Program-made: the position numbers and the translations under genes
Part shown: piece after piece, positions 46,575 to 56,135 of the stretch
Numbering within the stretch: the first letter of the stretch is position 1
Layout of the letters: each line of letters opens with the position of its first letter
IMG/VR virus record: IMGVR_UViG_3300025671_000004
Span: 1,865-65,864 of that record
DNA length: 64,000 nt
Reading direction: 5' to 3' (one strand)
Origin: a virus
Lineage: Duplodnaviria; Caudoviricetes
Notes under the pieces: model-generated
Seen by the model: only the letters and a program-made list of their open reading frames with translations
Told to the model about the DNA's origin: nothing
Database searches by the model: none

Positions 46575-47699
46575 CTACTTGCGGACTCTTATTTTAAGTC
46601 TATCCGGATTGTCTCCGCTTGTCACCGGCTTGACTCTGAAATCACCCTTTGAAGTTGACCCTGTTGGTTTTGATCTTTCGCTCATGGAGATGTTTTTTGT
46701 GCTCTTATCGTAATCTTCGATGGCACTTGCAACTCCCTGCTCAAAGAAAAACTGCGCGAACTTCTCGGGGTTCATTCCTACAGAAAGCGCTTTGTGATAG
46801 CCATACGCATCCTTAATCGTTCCATCCTGTTCGAGGAACTTAGAGATCATGTTCATAGGGCTAGAGTTTGCCTTTTTCAAGTCCTCGGAGGATCCGGGCT
46901 TGTAAGAAAAACTCTTTTCTTCTCCGTTTAGACTCACCTTAAAATCAAAACCTTTGAAATCAGATGAGAATACTTTGTCCATTTCCTGTGTGAACTTTTC
47001 TCTCTTTCTTTGAATGTCGCTCTGACTTTCAACCGCATTCTGCTTTTGCTTTCTAAACTCCTCGAATTCAGCCTTCTCTTCATCGGAAAGTCCTAACACG
47101 CTTGACTCAAGCGGTGCGGAATATTTTTCCTTCTGAGAATTAAACCATTTCTTGGCTTTAGAAACCATATCTTTCTTAGCTACTTTGGCTTTCTTGATGT
47201 CCATTTCATCATCAAGATCTTCGTCAAACGAAAAGCTAGATAAAACAGTATCAATGTCATCTTCATCGTATTCGGGATTCTGAGACGAGATGTACTCACG
47301 CAAAAGAACATCTTCACCCATAGAGTTAACATCCTTCTGAACTTTGTAGAAGTCCTCAAGACCTCTACCTGTTTCCTTCTTAAAGTCTAAGAACTTTTGA
47401 ACATCCTCAGGGATGTCGCTCTTTACACTTTTCGGATTAATGATGCTATCTATGGACTCAGCCTTGTAGCCATACTTATCTTCAAAGAACGATAAGACAT
47501 CCGCTTCGGACATCTTAATTAGACCTTCGCTTTCGCCTTCATTTTCTACCACAGTAGACGAACTTTCGGATCCATCCGAATCGTCATCTTTTGTAATATT
47601 TTCGTCATTTTCATTAGAAACGGAGTTTATAACCTCCTCTTCCAATTCGCTAACGCTTTTCTCGGGCATTGACCCTATGTCTCTAACTTTTATTTCCAT
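46575..47699 (-). CDS. Capsid scaffolding protein
   Basis: Acidic, helical; between portal and capsid; -7 element at 47718-47725. Confidence 0.75.
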   Translation of the reverse strand: MEIKVRDIGSMPEKSVSELEEEVINSVSNENDENITKDDDSDGSESSSTVVENEGESEGLIKMSEADVLSFFEDKYGYKAESIDSIINPKSVKSDIPEDVQKFLDFKKETGRGLEDFYKVQKDVNSMGEDVLLREYISSQNPEYDEDDIDTVLSSFSFDEDLDDEMDIKKAKVAKKDMVSKAKKWFNSQKEKYSAPLESSVLGLSDEEKAEFEEFRKQKQNAVESQSDIQRKREKFTQEMDKVFSSDFKGFDFKVSLNGEEKSFSYKPGSSEDLKKANSSPMNMISKFLEQDGTIKDAYGYHKALSVGMNPEKFAQFFFEQGVASAIEDYDKSTKNISMSERSKPTGSTSKGDFRVKPVTSGDNPDRLKIRVRK

Positions 47700-47748
47700 T
47701 TGATTAGATTATTTTAACAAAGATAGTAATTTATTGAATACCAATACT

Positions 47749-50193
47749 TTATCTAGGTTCGAACTCCTCAAAGCTAAACCCATCCAAAGAATCCTCGTTT
47801 GACTCGAAATTTATCGGCGGAAGATCGTTCTTGCGCTGATTTATCAATTCTGACTGATTGCTGCTTTGAAGTTTAATCCTGTCATCCTTTCTATTCTCCT
47901 TCATTTCATCCCTCTTCAGCATTCCATCAGTTTCAATTCCTTTGAGTTTCATGTTGTACATAAACTCTTCCTGCATCAATCTAAGCTTCATCTCAGCCTC
48001 AAACTGCATGGTTTTTCTTGCTTCTTCCCCTTCTACCATTTTGACTTGAGCCTTTACTGACGCTTCATGCTCAGCCTTCACCTTGGCGGCTTGCATGGCT
48101 ATCATTTGAGATCTCTCGTTTGTCTGAGCCCTCATGGCCTCCATCTGCATTTGAGCCTTCTGATCTGCCTCCTGCTTCTTCTTGCGCTTAACCTTCAGTA
48201 GTTGGTTCGCCAACTTGATGTTCTGTATCTCTCTGACGTCTATGGCATCCTCCAAGTTGATATCACCCTTGGATAAGGCTACATTGATGTTATCCTCCAA
48301 TTTGGCTTTCTGCTCTTCATCCGGGGATACTTGAATGTGTATACCAAAGTCATGCAAATACAACTCCTTTATTTCGTTCAGTATCGAGACATTGTACTTA
48401 CCAATCTTATTGGCAAACGATTCAGAAAAGTCTGCGTACTTTAGAATGTCGGAAACCCTCAAAGAAATAGCCTCAGAAAGTGTTCTGTAGATATACAAGC
48501 CACCTTCAAGTATATGCCTAGTAGCTGTATTCGAGTTTAGTGCAGCAAGCTTCTGAAGACCAACCAAAGCTCTAGGGTCGGGATCTGAACCATCTCTAGC
48601 CTCGTTAAGACCGGTCACAGTTCGAATCATGTCCAAGTAGTGGTTGTAGTTACCTATAAGCATTTGAGTCTTGGAAGCTCCCGAGTTCTTACTAAGCTCT
48701 TGAACAGGCACCCGACCATGGTTAAACTCACCTTCAGATGTATAACTTCTACCAACAACAGAACCTGTTTGGAAGTACAGCTTGAGAGCATCTTCGGGAG
48801 TGTAAGCTTGTCCTTCACCCAAATCAACCTCGCTTATACCATCAGCGTCAATAAAAACACCATCCGGCGTAACGCGAGATATTACCTGCTGCAATTTAAG
48901 GTGCGTCATTTGAATGAGGTCGGCGAAAGGAATCATCCTTCTCACCAAAGATTCGATCACACCCTTGTACATTCTCGGGGCTACGGCCACATAATTTGAC
49001 AGCGCGTACTGAGATGTTGACTTTGGTCTGACCATATTTTTAGCGGGCTCCCACTTCAAAATGATATTAGTACCCATCACCATCACACCCTCATACCACA
49101 TATCGATGGTCTTCTCTATCTTTCTGAACCTTCCCTCCTCCATCATCTCTTCGGGAGGATTAAAGGTATCATCCTTCTTCTTAATCCTCTTTGCCCCACC
49201 TTCTAACATCTTCTCCTTGTAAACAACCTTTCTTGTACTCTTGTAATTGTAGTACATGATTGTTACCGTGTCGCGCATAAAGATGTCATCATCATAGTAG
49301 CTCGATACGCTATGGAAGTCATACCAATCTTGAGAGTACTTCGATATTTCATCGATATCCTCCTTAGTCAGATCGGGTTTTATCTTATAGAGCTCCGTTA
49401 CAGGAATCCTCTTTATTTCACCCCAATAAAAGCAATCTCTAAAGTGTGGGTCTTCTGTGTAGCTGTACACAACATTTGCGGGATCCACATACGACAACCT
49501 AACGCCATCGCCGGGTAAGAATTCGTGCTTTGCAATACCTATGCCTAAGGTAACGATATCGTAATCTACACGCTTTCTGATGTCTTGGTAATGATTCTCC
49601 TCGAATACGGTAGAGATCGCCTCTTCTTCAGCAATTTCTATAGCCGGCTTATACTTGAGCTGCATAAACAACGACAGCTCCTCGTCATTTTCGGGGAGAT
49701 CATCGGGATCCATGACAAATGGATTGACCCCTGTAGAAGATTGTATTTTCTCAAGTATTGGTTTTGCCACCATTTGAGCTTCAACCATATCTTGATACTT
49801 ACTCCTTTTAGCCTGCGACATAGCATCCTGTGCGTATGCCATAGGTTTAAACAGCCTGTCGGACATTCCGTTGACAACGATATCAACAAACTTCGGTATG
49901 ATTGGCACCGGAGTCCAATCCAAGTTCATATAGCTTAGATCGCCATCAAAAGCCAACTCTCTCTTATACTTTGCAACACTCTGCTCGCCCCTAGCGTAGA
50001 GTCTGAGCTTGTGAAAACTATCCCATTGGGAGTAAAATCGAGCAATGCTATTTCCCTCACCTCGGTAGAACCATTCATGCTGAATAGCTTGACCAATTTT
50101 AAGGCCATACTCCTCGGTGTCTTTTACCGAATCGGGAACCCCTTGACTAGGAAAGTCAATGGATGGCATAGATAACTTCTTTTCGCTAATCAT
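47749..50193 (-). CDS. Portal protein
   Basis: 814 aa; LYARGEQ, DWTPVPIIPKFVDIVVNG and TGLNEARDG; follows the terminase. Confidence 0.88.
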   Translation of the reverse strand: MISEKKLSMPSIDFPSQGVPDSVKDTEEYGLKIGQAIQHEWFYRGEGNSIARFYSQWDSFHKLRLYARGEQSVAKYKRELAFDGDLSYMNLDWTPVPIIPKFVDIVVNGMSDRLFKPMAYAQDAMSQAKRSKYQDMVEAQMVAKPILEKIQSSTGVNPFVMDPDDLPENDEELSLFMQLKYKPAIEIAEEEAISTVFEENHYQDIRKRVDYDIVTLGIGIAKHEFLPGDGVRLSYVDPANVVYSYTEDPHFRDCFYWGEIKRIPVTELYKIKPDLTKEDIDEISKYSQDWYDFHSVSSYYDDDIFMRDTVTIMYYNYKSTRKVVYKEKMLEGGAKRIKKKDDTFNPPEEMMEEGRFRKIEKTIDMWYEGVMVMGTNIILKWEPAKNMVRPKSTSQYALSNYVAVAPRMYKGVIESLVRRMIPFADLIQMTHLKLQQVISRVTPDGVFIDADGISEVDLGEGQAYTPEDALKLYFQTGSVVGRSYTSEGEFNHGRVPVQELSKNSGASKTQMLIGNYNHYLDMIRTVTGLNEARDGSDPDPRALVGLQKLAALNSNTATRHILEGGLYIYRTLSEAISLRVSDILKYADFSESFANKIGKYNVSILNEIKELYLHDFGIHIQVSPDEEQKAKLEDNINVALSKGDINLEDAIDVREIQNIKLANQLLKVKRKKKQEADQKAQMQMEAMRAQTNERSQMIAMQAAKVKAEHEASVKAQVKMVEGEEARKTMQFEAEMKLRLMQEEFMYNMKLKGIETDGMLKRDEMKENRKDDRIKLQSSNQSELINQRKNDLPPINFESNEDSLDGFSFEEFEPR

Positions 50194-52463
50194 AGAATTA
50201 TTTCGCTACTTCCTCCCGAATTGTCATATCTCGCAAATTTAACACTTATCTTCGACTGTTTCACTTCGGGTGTGTAAATGTGTTTATTACATGCCATGAT
50301 AGCTAGACCCGAGCTAATGGATGCGTCAAATTTTGTACGATTAGATATATTGAATTTGGCCCAATTGTGTAGTGTTCTGTTAAATGGCATAAAGCCTATT
50401 TCGTCAGGCTCTCTATATGTGCCCTCGGTATCGTAACCAACATACTTCTCAATGTAAGACTCGATGGCAGATGCGTGAGCTTGCTTGACATCCTCAGAAG
50501 AGTTTGGTATTCCTCCCAATTCTTTCTCCGTCTTGGAAAGCTTCGACTTGTGCCGATCGGGCCTATCTATAGAGAAACCCCTATACCCCCTGTTTTTTAT
50601 GTGGTACAAAAGTCTAGGTTTATTATTTTCCACTAAGATAGGCATTCCGTAGAAAACTATCGCCATCAAGACATCTTCAAAAAATGTCTCGGCCGTATCG
50701 GGCCTAGCCACATACTCCAAGAAAAATTGGTTGACAGGAGCGTCCTCCATGTGGAATTTTGTCAACCCATGAAGAGCTCCATTTGACGCCCCACCACCCA
50801 CGGTTCCCGATATGTCGTAAGAATCACAACCGAATGCACCCAAGTAATCGTTTCCGGGATATTTGACACCATTTCTGACAGAAACATTGTTTTGTAAATG
50901 CCTAGGTGGCACCCAACTTATAAAGAACCTACCCCTGTTGTCGGGGGTGAAAATGACCTCACTATCCCTTACACCATCCTTCCAATGAAACGAACCACGA
51001 GTGACATGATGTTCGCTTATCATCGCATCATTGTAGTCGATCTGCTCGTATATCTTGGTGAGGTTAAATATGGACTCCTTGCTTTCATCCCTAAATGCGT
51101 GAGATTCAGATCTAGGATACTGCCTGTAAAATTCATTCAAAGCATCCGGATCACTCTTCAATGAATCCGCCTCATCTTCCCAATAGTCTATGGCACCCTT
51201 TGATATCATCTCTCCATCTATACCCTCTACAGGCTTCTTTGGAGTTCTCATCACAGGCATACCGTACCTATCTATAAAGCCCTCCATATTCCACTCCATG
51301 GGTATGAAAAGCCGATACATCCCGCTTTTTGTTTGGCCGTTCTTGTTTCTTAATTGAGGATCTGAGTCATTGTACATGGTTTTGTAGTTTTCACCACCTT
51401 TATCCAAAGCATTCGATGTTGAACCCATCATGCACTTCCCAATAATCCTACTACCCAATCGTAAACAAGTCTTTGTTACGCGCCAATTGTTCAGTATGTT
51501 ATTAGGTTTTATCCACTTCCCGCTTTCATCGTGCACTAATAGGAGTAGCTTTTCACCGTCATAAGAGTTCTCGTCTGTATTCCTCCAATCAATCGTGGTG
51601 TTCAGACCTTCATCGTCATTGTAATCAGTACCATACATATTGGATTTAGTCATCCTAGACGCGGGAACGCGATACGCCAATTCTGTTTTCGGCCTGTCCA
51701 TACCATCCATCACCGGCTTGAAAAAGAATGGATACTTCGTATTGATTGGAACAATCTTATTGGTGAACATCTTCTTTGCGTCCGGACCTGTTTTTGAAAG
51801 AAGACCTATTCTAGCGTCACTAGCTATCGTTCCAATATTCACGGATTCAGCAGATGCCATAAAAGAGAACCCCGAACGTCTTATCTTCAGATAATTCAAA
51901 CCATAGCATCGATTGTCAGCTTTGCATGCCTCCCAATAAATGAAGAAAACCCTATTAGCCTCACGAAAATCCGGAAATCCAACATCTATTGAAGACCATT
52001 GTAGGTACATGTAGTGAGAGCCGGTGATATACGTTTCAACACCATTGTTCATAAACCAAAAGCCGTACTCCCTCCTATCAAACTCCTCCTCTATGTAATC
52101 TATCCACTTCGTCTTGAAAGCATCGGGCATTTCATTCCATTGAGCCATTGTTTTGACCTTGGACAAATCCTTTGGCATATCAAACCTCTCCCAATATTGC
52201 TTTGACTTGATAGGAGACCTTTCGTAAGCTTTGTCATTTGATCTAGGTAGCGCTATTTTCAAGCCATTGATTTCGTATACCTCGCCTATCTGACCATCCT
52301 TTGATATTACTACAACATCATACTTTTCATTGTAACCATATTTCCAACTACCCGCTATGTTTGCGGTGGTCTTTACGCTTTTTGGAATATGATTCTTAAG
52401 ATGTACTATTAGATCGCTTCGACCTTCTTTCTGCGAATCCTGTCTTACTGTTGACTGACTCAT
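50190..52463 (-). CDS. terL: Terminase large subunit
   Basis: KIRRSGFS (Walker A-like), LLVHDESGK (Walker B), MGST, GCDSYD, VENN and C-terminal FD nuclease motifs. Confidence 0.92.
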   Translation of the reverse strand: MSQSTVRQDSQKEGRSDLIVHLKNHIPKSVKTTANIAGSWKYGYNEKYDVVVISKDGQIGEVYEINGLKIALPRSNDKAYERSPIKSKQYWERFDMPKDLSKVKTMAQWNEMPDAFKTKWIDYIEEEFDRREYGFWFMNNGVETYITGSHYMYLQWSSIDVGFPDFREANRVFFIYWEACKADNRCYGLNYLKIRRSGFSFMASAESVNIGTIASDARIGLLSKTGPDAKKMFTNKIVPINTKYPFFFKPVMDGMDRPKTELAYRVPASRMTKSNMYGTDYNDDEGLNTTIDWRNTDENSYDGEKLLLLVHDESGKWIKPNNILNNWRVTKTCLRLGSRIIGKCMMGSTSNALDKGGENYKTMYNDSDPQLRNKNGQTKSGMYRLFIPMEWNMEGFIDRYGMPVMRTPKKPVEGIDGEMISKGAIDYWEDEADSLKSDPDALNEFYRQYPRSESHAFRDESKESIFNLTKIYEQIDYNDAMISEHHVTRGSFHWKDGVRDSEVIFTPDNRGRFFISWVPPRHLQNNVSVRNGVKYPGNDYLGAFGCDSYDISGTVGGGASNGALHGLTKFHMEDAPVNQFFLEYVARPDTAETFFEDVLMAIVFYGMPILVENNKPRLLYHIKNRGYRGFSIDRPDRHKSKLSKTEKELGGIPNSSEDVKQAHASAIESYIEKYVGYDTEGTYREPDEIGFMPFNRTLHNWAKFNISNRTKFDASISSGLAIMACNKHIYTPEVKQSKISVKFARYDNSGGSSEIIL

Positions 52464-52722
52464 CTATACCTTTCTCAATTAGGTCCAAATTATCCCTTTC
52501 TTTCTCTATTCTGTCCAATATTTCGAACGCATCGAATATTGCAGCTTTTTTTGTTGCGGCGGCATTTTTTAGCCTATCTGCAGCCAATGCAGGGGACTCT
52601 CCATCAACCTCCTCCTTCGGCTTTATTATCTTCTCCTTAGCGACCCTTATAAGCTCCTCAACAGCCTCTTCACCCGCCTTAATTATCCTTCTCCTAAACT
52701 CTATGCTCTTACTCTCGCTCAT
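52396..52722 (-). CDS. terS: Terminase small subunit (putative)
   Basis: ADRLKNAAATKK.AIFDAFEIL; directly upstream of terL. Confidence 0.65.
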   Translation of the reverse strand: MSESKSIEFRRRIIKAGEEAVEELIRVAKEKIIKPKEEVDGESPALAADRLKNAAATKKAAIFDAFEILDRIEKERDNLDLIEKGIDESVNSKTGFAERRSKRSNSTS

Positions 52723-53287
52723 CCATGTTTATGGTTATCTGATGATCAAAAACCCGATACATCACCTTGTCGTTTATTTTGAATTCATACTCGCTGTCGG
52801 GGGTGAACACAATGGTATCCCCTTTCTTCACATTAAGAGATGACAAGTAGTCATTAGGGTACTCCATTCTTCCAAAAAGAGGCTCATATCGACCCGGCTT
52901 GGATAGTATTGACTTTTTCTTTTCGATAGGACTCACAAAGCAGAACCTATCTCTCGACTTCCAATCTTTGCCATCGTGATACATAAAAAACTGATCAGAG
53001 TCAACAAAGAAGAGACCATCTCTCAGGAAACTCCTGCCGCTCTTTCTTCGACCTTTCATATCGTTGTAGTACTTGAACACATTGTGATGAACTACAAGAA
53101 TGTCTCCGGGCCTTATGGGTCCCGAATAATTGATGGGAGTACTTATTACTTTCGCAAACCTGTTTGATGCTTTATGGTCTTCTTCAGATACACTAGTCAG
53201 CAAGTTTGTGCCCCCAATGTTCAGTATATTGCTATACCTCCTACCATCAACAGGCTCAACTATGTAAAAGTGCGGTGATCTCATCAA
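52709..53287 (-). CDS. GroES-like co-chaperonin with two tandem domains
   Basis: AKVISTP...IRPGDILVVHH and VKKGDTIVF...E..INDKVMYRV, both GroES-like barrels. Confidence 0.65.
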   Translation of the reverse strand: MMRSPHFYIVEPVDGRRYSNILNIGGTNLLTSVSEEDHKASNRFAKVISTPINYSGPIRPGDILVVHHNVFKYYNDMKGRRKSGRSFLRDGLFFVDSDQFFMYHDGKDWKSRDRFCFVSPIEKKKSILSKPGRYEPLFGRMEYPNDYLSSLNVKKGDTIVFTPDSEYEFKINDKVMYRVFDHQITINMDERE

Positions 53288-53502
53288 AAGGATAAATCAA
53301 ACTCAATATGTATTGGAACCATTGGACTGAACGTTTTCCAAAGCCTAACCTCACCGGAATCATTGATTGCATGAATCTCGATAGACCCATCAGCAATTTT
53401 TCTGATATTGTGAATGGTATTTCCTCCGCCAATGGGTCCACCAATGACGAAATTCATACCGACCTTATAATCGGGCCCTATGGTTACCTTCCTTATGATC
53501 AT
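53284..53502 (-). CDS. Conserved small protein
   Basis: IRKVTIG.DYK..M...WKTF...P..IEFDL. Confidence 0.7.
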   Translation of the reverse strand: MIIRKVTIGPDYKVGMNFVIGGPIGGGNTIHNIRKIADGSIEIHAINDSGEVRLWKTFSPMVPIHIEFDLSF

Positions 53503-53924
53503 GTAGATGCTATAACATACCAAGCTGCACCATCAGAGTGCAATGTGACACACTTATACTGAGTCGTCAGAACCAAAGTATTAGAGCCGTTTATCAGCTC
53601 AGCTCCATTAGCTTGAATAGTCACGTTGTGAGAAGATCCAAGTTTCATAACCTTCAGTACCCTTTTTTGGCTAGATGCCACAGCAGGTAAGTCGATGGTA
53701 ACAGCACTACCTATACTACCATCATCGACATACAGCAACCTGTCTGAAGCGATAACAGCGTAAGAATTCGATCCCACACTAGTAAACGACAGTCTCTTTG
53801 ATGAAAACTCCGATATGGACTCCGAGCTATAGTTCTGAGTCTTGTTCGAATTGTCCTTCTGACTTCCCAAGAGCATGCTGCTCTCGTCAAATTGGACTTC
53901 TGCGTATGTTGATATCTTAGTCAT
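53499..53924 (-). CDS. Short tail-fibre-like structural protein
   Basis: VTIDLPA...NVTI...E.ING...SDGAAWY pattern. Confidence 0.65.
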   Translation of the reverse strand: MTKISTYAEVQFDESSMLLGSQKDNSNKTQNYSSESISEFSSKRLSFTSVGSNSYAVIASDRLLYVDDGSIGSAVTIDLPAVASSQKRVLKVMKLGSSHNVTIQANGAELINGSNTLVLTTQYKCVTLHSDGAAWYVIAST

Positions 53925-53928
53925 TTCT

Positions 53929-54189
53929 TTATTTGTCTACGGCGTGAGTTACCTCGCCGGTACTCATATTTACAACGGAGTCTTCTCCGTATTTTTCTTT
54001 CAAGCTTTTTTCCAAGCTAGCGAATTGCCTCCTAAGGTTGTCCATCTCAAGCAGTCTTCCGTGCTTCTCAACTTCCAACGAGCCAATCTCAACTTTCAAT
54101 GCCTCGAATCTGTTCATTAAAGACCTAGCCAAGTCAAGGGTCTCTTTGTCAAGCATTCTAGCTGACTTTAATTCTTTCTTTTTAGCCAT
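53929..54189 (-). CDS. Small coiled-coil protein
   Basis: LKEKYG..V.NMSTGE; -7 element at 54211-54218. Confidence 0.7.
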   Translation of the reverse strand: MAKKKELKSARMLDKETLDLARSLMNRFEALKVEIGSLEVEKHGRLLEMDNLRRQFASLEKSLKEKYGEDSVVNMSTGEVTHAVDK

Positions 54190-54226
54190 TTGATTATAGT
54201 TTATTTTTTACAAATATAGCGAATCG

Positions 54227-54772
54227 CTAAAAAATACTTCTGCCAAACATTTTCCCAAGACCAATCAGCACAAGGGCAAGAAGCAGAACCGGTATTACGG
54301 CGAACAAAACAGCCTTCCAAATAGGTACAGAGTTCCTCATTCTTTTTTCGAGCTTCTTTATCTCTTTATCCTTCATAACTATTACACTAGACATGGAGTC
54401 TATAACTATTACGTCAAGCGGGTCTCTTATCCATTTTGTTTCATGAATAACCAAGGTGTCCGGAGATGGGATCTCATCAATAGACAGGATGGAATCAGTT
54501 ATGCGTATGACAATCTTATCGTTTTTGGTGCTGATGTAGTTTATCACGCTGTCAACAGGAAAGTGAGTTATCCTTCTAGGTTTAAGAACTACATTGACCA
54601 TAGTTGAATCCTTTCTCCAAGATGGATGTCTTTTCAATATTCTCTCAATCTTCTTGGAATCCCTTAAAGCAATACGCTCGGGAGAACATGATGACATGGT
54701 GGCTACAAACAATATGATCAAAGCCAAAAATGCGTAGTACGCGTAAATTGGAGCCAATCTTCTTCTAGCCAT
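54227..54772 (-). CDS. Putative unimolecular spanin
   Basis: N-terminal signal with lipobox-like MSSC and a C-terminal TM helix, next to the lysin candidate. Confidence 0.6.
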   Translation of the reverse strand: MARRRLAPIYAYYAFLALIILFVATMSSCSPERIALRDSKKIERILKRHPSWRKDSTMVNVVLKPRRITHFPVDSVINYISTKNDKIVIRITDSILSIDEIPSPDTLVIHETKWIRDPLDVIVIDSMSSVIVMKDKEIKKLEKRMRNSVPIWKAVLFAVIPVLLLALVLIGLGKMFGRSIF

Positions 54773-55211
54773 GCTGCGGTTTGTTTTCTACGATTAATGT
54801 AACCTCTTCGCCGGAATCTATAGCCGCCTTTATTTTTTGAGTAAGCTCCTTTTCTGCGGTATCTTGAATAACATCCTTTGACGGCCTGTTATATGCAACC
54901 AATGGGCACCCCGCCGTACCCTTGTGCGTGTTACCGCCATGGATGCGTATGCCAACAAATGATATACCCGCATTGGATAGAGTCACCTTGTCGGGCCTGT
55001 TATAAACTATTGGCATCAGCCTCTTGAATCTAGGGCTCATGGTTACATCAACGCTGTACTCTCCGGCCGGTATCGCTGTATGCGCCTTAACCTTTATCCC
55101 TTCAGCCCTTACGGTATCCTCCAATGTGTAGCAAAACCTCTCATCATCAATGAACAAATCACCGATGGTGGTGTCTTTTGTGTACTCGCTTCTTACGATC
55201 TTAATCTTCAT
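54765..55211 (-). CDS. DUF5675-family protein (putative endolysin)
   Basis: TIG.L, CYTLED, AIPAGEY and IRIHGGN....AGC.LV motifs. Confidence 0.8.
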   Translation of the reverse strand: MKIKIVRSEYTKDTTIGDLFIDDERFCYTLEDTVRAEGIKVKAHTAIPAGEYSVDVTMSPRFKRLMPIVYNRPDKVTLSNAGISFVGIRIHGGNTHKGTAGCPLVAYNRPSKDVIQDTAEKELTQKIKAAIDSGEEVTLIVENKPQHG

Positions 55212-55653
55212 AGTATACTTCGTATTTTTTAAGGTACAAAATTACATGTAAATCAAATGACTTGGCATGAACCACATAATTACCCCAAACCTCGAATTTA
55301 TCGTGAGCGTAACCAAGTGATACAGGAATCTGATATCCTACACTTTTATTGTAACTTCTGAGCCAAAAAGGACTTATGGAAAATCTATTTACGGAAAGAA
55401 CCTGCTGAATATAAAAATGATCCCCACCACCAAACACATCCCAAGCATATCCCACCCTAGGCCCAAATTTAAACTCAACACCTTTTTTTGACCTCTCTGT
55501 AAATACTTGGCTGTACTCAATGTATGGAGTTAATCCATCTTTGGATGCCTTTAATCCGGGAGATATAAATGATTGACATGAAAGTTTTACAGGAAAAACA
55601 ATAGCTAAACAAATAAGAATCGCATATTTAGCAACCGCCATTATTCGACCCAT
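55201..55653 (-). CDS. Secreted, probably outer-membrane beta-barrel protein in the lysis cassette
   Basis: Signal peptide followed by amphipathic aromatic-rich beta strands. Confidence 0.55.
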   Translation of the reverse strand: MGRIMAVAKYAILICLAIVFPVKLSCQSFISPGLKASKDGLTPYIEYSQVFTERSKKGVEFKFGPRVGYAWDVFGGGDHFYIQQVLSVNRFSISPFWLRSYNKSVGYQIPVSLGYAHDKFEVWGNYVVHAKSFDLHVILYLKKYEVYYED

Positions 55654-56122
55654 TCTTATTCAAAAAACGCATCACCCTCTTAACGATTCCCCTAAGACGA
55701 TCATGTAGCTGTATAATCAACTCGCTTATCGCGTCATACTCTTTCATTCTTTTTCCTGTTCTTATGGTGTACCAATGCCTAAGGCCACTCATAACGTCAT
55801 TAATTGACATAACAACAAAGAATGATGTCAATGATATTGAGCTACTAATCCCCGCAAACTTTAGTAGTATTGATATACATATGATCAGCACCAAACCCAT
55901 AAGTTTTGCCAAGAAGCCAATAAGGCCCTTTTGGCTATCAAACTCCCTTGTCTTAATAGCCGCCAATACGCCTAAAACGTAATCAGCCATAAAGGAAAAT
56001 CCAAGTACCAACAACAAGGTTGGCTGAACACCCGAATTTGACAAAATCAATGAGATCCAAGAAAAGAAAACGTATATGAGTGGTGCGTTATTCTTGAGCC
56101 AAATGATGTTCTGTTCGTTCAT
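55628..56122 (-). CDS. Holin (phage holin 4 family-like)
   Basis: 3-4 TM segments; DY..G..AA.K...DS.KG..G..AK motif. Confidence 0.75.
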   Translation of the reverse strand: MNEQNIIWLKNNAPLIYVFFSWISLILSNSGVQPTLLLVLGFSFMADYVLGVLAAIKTREFDSQKGLIGFLAKLMGLVLIICISILLKFAGISSSISLTSFFVVMSINDVMSGLRHWYTIRTGKRMKEYDAISELIIQLHDRLRGIVKRVMRFLNKNGSNNGGC

Positions 56123-56135
56123 TTTGTGATGTGTG

